Source: Phoronis australis (lineage: Eukaryota > Animalia > Phoronida). From it: a stretch of 57,329 nt of DNA. Location of the stretch: positions 592,274 to 649,602 of the forward strand of contig NMRA01000138.1 in NCBI GenBank assembly GCA_002633005.1, read 5' to 3'. The notes under the pieces were generated by a model. The model did not search any database. It saw only the letters and a program-made list of their open reading frames with translations, and had not been told where the DNA came from. Shown here in pieces: positions 51,850 through 57,329 of the stretch. How positions within the stretch are numbered: the stretch's first letter is position 1; every line of letters begins with the position of its first letter. The position numbers and the translations under genes are program-made.

Positions 51850-51948
51850 CTTGTCATACTTTAATACAAGAGATACTTCTTTAAGAACTGACCGTATCAC
51901 CTCAGTACACCTGGTGTCTGAATCAGTAACTATTGCATTGACAAGATC
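51850..51948 (-). CDS. CDAN1: Codanin-1 exon
   Basis: DLVNAIVTDSDTRCTEVIRSVLKEVSLVLKYDK; acAG / GTGAGC flanks, phase 0 to 0. Confidence 0.82.
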
Positions 51949-52285
51949 CTGTAACAGTAAAATATTAGCTGTTAATAAAATGTTTTATGTGTGTTTAGAG
52001 ACCTTGGGATTTTTCGGCAAATTTTCGGCAATTTTGACCAAAAACATATTTCGACTATCGCAGCATACATAGGGTTTTGATTCAGATATTACGCCTCCTC
52101 TGTTCTAACTACCTTTGATGAGACAGGGTCCAATGAACAAAGAGCAATAAAAGAAGAAATTATAGATTTGGTCACACTGACCCATAGGGATACAGCCTAG
52201 GTAGTTAGTTTATTAAATTAACAGTATTGCACAGATTCTGAACAATCTGAAGTAAATTTTGCATAACTGCGATTACATAACTTAC

Positions 52286-53184
52286 CTTCAAATTAGAAAG
52301 CACCTTAGAAGGAACATGATCACTGATAATACATTCTTGTTGTCTATCTCCATCCTCAGCTACAGTGCCACTAGCGCCACAGTTTACTTGACACCCAACA
52401 CCACCAGTGTCCAATGCATAAGAGTCTGAACCCCATTCACCGCCTCTCAAAGGAAGCATGTTACTGCTCTTATCACAAGAGTCTACTTTCTTATCAACCA
52501 AACTCATATTATCATTGGTATAATCATCATTGGTTGCCATGGCAACAGACATCACAATATCATCATTCTTGTTATTGCACAATTCAAAATTGTTTATATC
52601 ACAGACAGAATTATTGTTGCTTTCCGCTCTTACATTTCTCACGTCAAATCCACCACTTTCAAACTGACGAGTTCCATGATCATTTGCCCTCTGGCTGCAG
52701 ACTTCACCTGACAGTGTAATCAGATGAACCCTCCGGGGTGATTTGACACTAGAGCTACCCTTGTCACAAGTTTCCGCATTGTCATACAAAATGGGTGCCT
52801 CTAGACTGCTGACATCACTTGACAATGTAATCAAATTAACTCTTCGCGAAGGTTTGGTAGCAGTACTTGCTTTTCCACAACTAGTCAGTGATCCCAATGA
52901 CTCATCACTCAGTTTACGGTCTTTAGGCTTGATTAAAGAAACATCAGCACTATCATATGACCCAACCTGTTCTCTGTTCTTGACATCAACAACACTGGAA
53001 GACTGGTTGAGACTGGGCTGCTCTGTAATGGAGTCCAGGCTCACAGTACTGAGATTGGTAGGAAGTGTCAAACTGGGGGAGCCCATGTTGATGTTACCAG
53101 CAGGAAGTGATGCATTGTGGGATGTACTTGTCATCTGCTTGAGTTGTTTATCAAACTCACTTTGAAGATCTTTGATGAATGATG
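52286..53184 (-). CDS. CDAN1: Codanin-1 large exon with long low-complexity insert
   Basis: Within the 333-aa ORF; (A)SFIKDLQSEFDKQL...CIISDHVPSKVLSNLK|GTAAGT; acceptor chosen at gaAG (53185-53186) to match phase 1. Confidence 0.82.
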
Positions 53185-53551
53185 CTTCAAAGAACATGAG
53201 AGACAACTAAGAACAAAAAACAAACAAACAAACAAACACACAGGCACTATTCAAGGAAAACGATAAAAATTTAAAAAACTGAGAAACGATTTGTGATGTA
53301 TAAGAGAATCATGAAAGCTGTGGAAATGTCATTAAAGAAAGGTCGTCAACAAACACGGCCGAAATCCAACCTAGCAAATCAAAATATCTTAGGCATAAAA
53401 CCTTATTACCTGTTAAGTTGAAAAATATTGCATAAAACCATTTTGTTTATCAAAATAAGCAGAAATGTGACAAAACTGCTTGGCAAAATGATTAAAATGT
53501 CATCAAACAGGCAGGAAAAAACTTTCACTGACTAGATGACCAAATAGTTAC

Positions 53552-53697
53552 CAGAACTAGCATGACTGGAAATCCATGCTTGAACTTTGTCCAGAGCAAT
53601 CCGACCAGATATCATAGAAGCGGTACTGACGACATTGCTGGTCATATCTTCAGGAAGAATCAGTGATAAGATGTCAATAACTTTGGTACTGCAGTAG
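53552..53697 (-). CDS. CDAN1: Codanin-1 exon
   Basis: YCSTKVIDILSLILPEDMTSNVVSTASMISGRIALDKVQAWISSHASS; compare recalled human [30 protein letters not shown]...KACAWLSAN. Confidence 0.92.
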
Positions 53698-53734
53698 CTG
53701 AAACATTTAAAGAATCCTTGAATCCTTCCATTTT

Positions 53735-54075
53735 GCAATACTTTATTTAGTGGATTATTGAAATATGTACATAAAGCCATAGGCCCAAAGTATAACATGT
53801 ACAAGACAGAACATTGTCAGGTGTGTTACAAACTGACACTTGAGAGCATGATGAACGAATTTTAGAAGTAGGATATCCAGAGTTCTAATGAGAGATACAA
53901 ATTTAGGTGTCGTGGGAGAATGACAAAAACGATCACTTAATAAGTACTTAACCAGAAGGTCTAGGTAGGAACTGCAAACTAACACAAGCTGGTATTCGTC
54001 CTCTACACATCCCGAATTACATAACTCACACAACCTATTTTCATAGGCAATATTTGTGTGGTGACCTCTCTTATA
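53735..54075 (-). mobile_element. 3' fragment of a non-LTR retrotransposon (RTE-X-like)
   Basis: ENRLCELCNSGCVEDEYQLVLVCSSYLDLLVKYL is a decayed C-terminal zinc-knuckle typical of LINE ORF2, followed by a short tail with AATAAA. Confidence 0.75.
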
Positions 54076-55227
54076 GTCAGTTAGAAAGCACTCTTCATTA
54101 CAGTACATGTTAAATAACTGTAAATGAAAATTTGGTTTTCTCACATGACCTGGAATGTGTTACGACACGACTGGTTAATAACACCGAGTACGTATTACAC
54201 GGGCGAATCACAATGTAGTGCAAAGTAGAAATCCATGCGCCTTACATTTTATCGTCTGCAAAACACTAAAACAACCAAACGCACGCCAACCAAACAATGT
54301 CGGAATTCTGAGAAGGTGACAAGGTTATGATTAACAAATACGGTGTCGCAACTGTATGTACTCCCAGGCAGAAGGACATGCAAACAACTTCTTTAACGGG
54401 TCTATCTTTGGTGGCGAATTCCACATCCACGTTCATTCAAACGGAGACGAGCCCAACTCAAGAAACGCGTCGAGACTGTCTAGCTGTGCTGTCTCAAGGT
54501 CAATTCAGTGCTCACGCGCGGGGATGCCTTGCTGACTGTTATTTATGAACATTTTTTAAGTTTTAATATTACAACTTCAAAGACTATTTATTAGATTCTA
54601 ACTTGAATATTTGCTACGAAAGCTGACTACAATTTACAATAATATTGTTGAGCTTAAAATAACTGAATTACTTTATATTGCGCAGGCGTGTTTTTACAAA
54701 AATTGCGTCATGTGGTTGAAAGTTTTAGACATGTCGAGTTTTTCAGCAAAAAAGTTCATGTGAGAAAACAAATCCTACACTCACCTCAGATTTATGACAT
54801 GGGCAAAACACCTCTTGCAAAGTTCGTCAAAATCCCTCGGCAAGCCTCCAGATAGGTTTTGCCCATATCATAAACCTGAGACTCATGTAGGATTCTCTAT
54901 ATCCCATCACGATGTGGAATGACTTGACACTAAAACAGCTACTCTGATGGTAAATCCCGTTTGCACTCAGCCACCATGGCAGACATTCTACTCTGACAGT
55001 ATATCCCCTTTGCACACCGCTGTCATGAAAGACATTCTACTTGGCCCGAGTACTCTCAGCGGGAATTAAGGTTTATTTTATCCCATGACTTTTGCCGTGT
55101 ACACTACGTGAAGTTCAGTTACACTATTTGTTACTTGTATATGTGAGGATGAATTCTCCATTGAAGATGGTGCCAACTGAAGAACTTGAACCATTGAATT
55201 TTAGAAAGTTAGTTTGTATCAGCTCAC

Positions 55228-55310
55228 CTTGCACAATGTTCCTGGCTGTATTGCTTTGTCTTCTTACAAATCTCACTAGCAATCAAATGAAGATCATTTG
55301 CAGTCTTACT
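55228..55310 (-). CDS. CDAN1: Codanin-1 exon
   Basis: SKTANDLHLIASEICKKTKQYSQEHCA(S); cttttAG / GTGAGC flanks; phases 0 to 2 join both neighbours. Confidence 0.82.
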
Positions 55311-55903
55311 CTAAAAGAGAAGTATCACAACAATTGATGACATTAAATGAGACAAATAACTGTTTACTGTGGCGAGACCAAAATTTGGGACACCTTTTGG
55401 AATCTGCAACAAGCCAATACAAAGGCACCAATAGGGAGTTGAACAAGAGCAATGTGGAGCTTGATATGAGCCTACCGTGTGCATCGCATATAGCAAAGAT
55501 ACAAGGGATGACCATCACTTTAAACATTCCCATCAGAGGGAGCCCTGCTAGTAAACTTAAAATAGGCTCTAAAGGGTACAAAGCAAATCAGCAAAGATGC
55601 TCTTCTCAATAGGAACACGTCTGCCACGCTTCATCATAATTCTTTAAGAACTTTGTAGAGTTGGGAGGAGGGCAGTAAAAAACTAAACAAAAACAATAAA
55701 TGGGACACTTAGGGATGCTTTGTTAATTAAATCTCAGGGCTTATGCTGTTGTCTACAATGATTATTCGTCAAATTTACAAAACATCTACAAAAGAATTGA
55801 ATAGATACCAAGAAAATGCAGAGTAAAACAAAATTGCCACAACAGTCGGACCTGTCCAAAAATCATCATGTTTCTAGTACAAAGATTAGATTCCAGAAAT
55901 CTG

Positions 55904-56232
55904 CTACTTTTGTGCAAACTCAAGATAAAGAGTTATTAGAGTGTGCTCAAATACATTATAGTTTATGCATGTGAGTTTCTAGTTCAAGTTTGCACTTGAA
56001 AACCGTTATATTCATGCTACAAACTCGAGTAAAAACTCGACTTGAACTTTTAACCTTAATGTTGGGTTTATCAACTGCAAACTAGGACTAAAAATTATCC
56101 ATGTAAGTCATTATGTACTCGAGCATAGAATAATAGACACTTACCTTGAGTTTGCACAAAAGTAGAATAGAAAATGCCAATAAAGATAATTTTGAGTTCC
56201 AATTCGAGTAAAATGATTAAAAACCAGGCCCA
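55904..56232. mobile_element. palindromic MITE remnant, Harbinger-like
   Basis: Perfect 21-bp inverted repeat CTACTTTTGTGCAAACTCAAG (55904-55924 and 56145-56165) with ~80 bp of further degenerate arms; right end ...AAAAACCAGGCCC. Confidence 0.6.
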
Positions 56233-56489
56233 GGTGTTTCGAAAATATCACAGTGGACGCCGGATGGACAGGTACAATTTCACAGTAAGCACACTGCGTA
56301 TCTCACGTGCATCATATAACCAATGACCCTGTTTGTGACAGGAAAATTCAAGAGGCAAAGAGCGTATTAAATGTTCATGAGCACAATTGCTGCAAAGAAC
56401 TAACAGGCAGTCATCACAATCAAATGTTTGGGAAAATTGCGCACTTTTCGCCATTCATATCCAAACTCACTGGAAACAGTTTGTTAATT

Positions 56490-56631
56490 TTGAAGAATCC
56501 AACCAACAGGTATACCACCAACATAATATCCCCCAGTAAACACTTATCACTATTGAAGAATCTAACCAAAAGGTATACCACCAACAGGTATACCACCAAC
56601 ACAATATCCCCCAGTAGACCCTTATCACTAC
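56490..56631. repeat. ~63-bp tandem duplication with internal 15-bp repeat, starting at a CDAN1 donor
   Basis: gaagaatc..ccaacaggtataccaccaaca..atatcccccagta..cttatcacta occurs twice. Confidence 0.85.
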
Positions 56632-56826
56632 CTTGTTCACAGGTGATCCTGCAACATGATTCTGAGCCACAAAGATCACTTTTTGCAAGCTGTCCTTTTT
56701 CGCTGGTCCAATGACCTCGGCTCGAAGCCTCCTGATGAAGTTTGAGGCAACTTGCTCGGCTACGAAGTCGACGTTGCGCCGCAGGGAAGATGGATGATTG
56801 TGGAAAAAATTTTCCTCCAAACGCAA
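56632..56826 (-). CDS. CDAN1: Codanin-1 exon (most 5' exon visible; the gene continues beyond the window)
   Basis: LRLEENFFHNHPSSLRRNVDFVAEQVASNFIRRLRAEV... matches recalled human [31 protein letters not shown]. Confidence 0.95.
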
Positions 56827-57329
56827 CTGACATGGAAAGAAGCAAATGTTGAAACAAATCGTGAAATATCGTTACAAATCATGTGACCAACAATTATTGT
56901 TCTTTCAGTTTCATTGAACATGCACAGTCAGTGAAAGAGGAAATATGATCACCAAAGCAATAAATCAAATTCAAATTTCCTAAGAATAGTCGGTGGGCCA
57001 GATTTTGTAGGGCCTCTAGAAAATGGTTTTTGTGAGTACTTTAGGGGGGCAATTTTATTTTGGTGTTTTTCAATTCATTTATTAGAGTGTTTTCAAAATC
57101 TAAAAAGTTCCCACATATAAAGTTGCACATTTTTGAGAAATTTGAGTTTGAAGTTACCTAATAATCACCAAAGAGCTTAGTAAACTTATATTTGTAAAAA
57201 CAACAGTTTTGGTGACTTTTTTGTAAAACAAGTAATATGGTCCCATCAGTGCCATTGTATTGAACAATATTACACTCACATTACATGTTTTACTATTGTA
57301 AATTAATTGTAAACAGTGAAATTTAAAAA

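Noticed and set aside
52743-53165. 140-aa plus-strand ORF
   Set aside because: Antisense shadow of the large CDAN1 exon.
54445-54480. Hammerhead-like GACGAG...GAAACGCGTC
   Set aside because: No CTGA core and stem II does not pair.
56248-56330. Extra CDAN1 exon (GHWLYDAREIRS...)
   Set aside because: Has an AG but runs into a stop, shows no Codanin similarity, and the flanking exons already join in phase.

Overview
AT-rich, intron-containing animal genomic DNA; the protein sequences and repeat types suggest a lophotrochozoan such as a mollusc (inference). Three spliced genes were assembled by hand from GT-AG boundaries with consistent phases. (1) A G-alpha-q gene (GNAQ-like, + strand), coding exons 2-8 at 9656-19541; exon 1 was not found and probably lies upstream of the window. 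(2) A complete 13-exon TMEM232 orthologue (+ strand, 27507-42058, 821 aa) with an RFX X-box upstream. (3) The last nine coding exons of Codanin-1 (CDAN1, - strand, 56826-45925), convergent with TMEM232. Introns and intergenic DNA hold many repeats: an intact TRIM retroelement with tRNA-like Pol III boxes in its LTRs and a tRNA-Ser primer site, a Helentron-type element carrying CTCF-like motifs, hAT, Tc1/mariner and Harbinger-like elements, a LINE tail, Penelope-like hairpins with hammerhead-like cores, and several minisatellites. The strongest leads are the tRNA-LTR TRIM, a minisatellite that repeats a TMEM232 splice acceptor eight times, and two extra ASF1-binding B-domain-like motifs in a large CDAN1 insertion. 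All homology calls are from recalled sequences; no searches were run.
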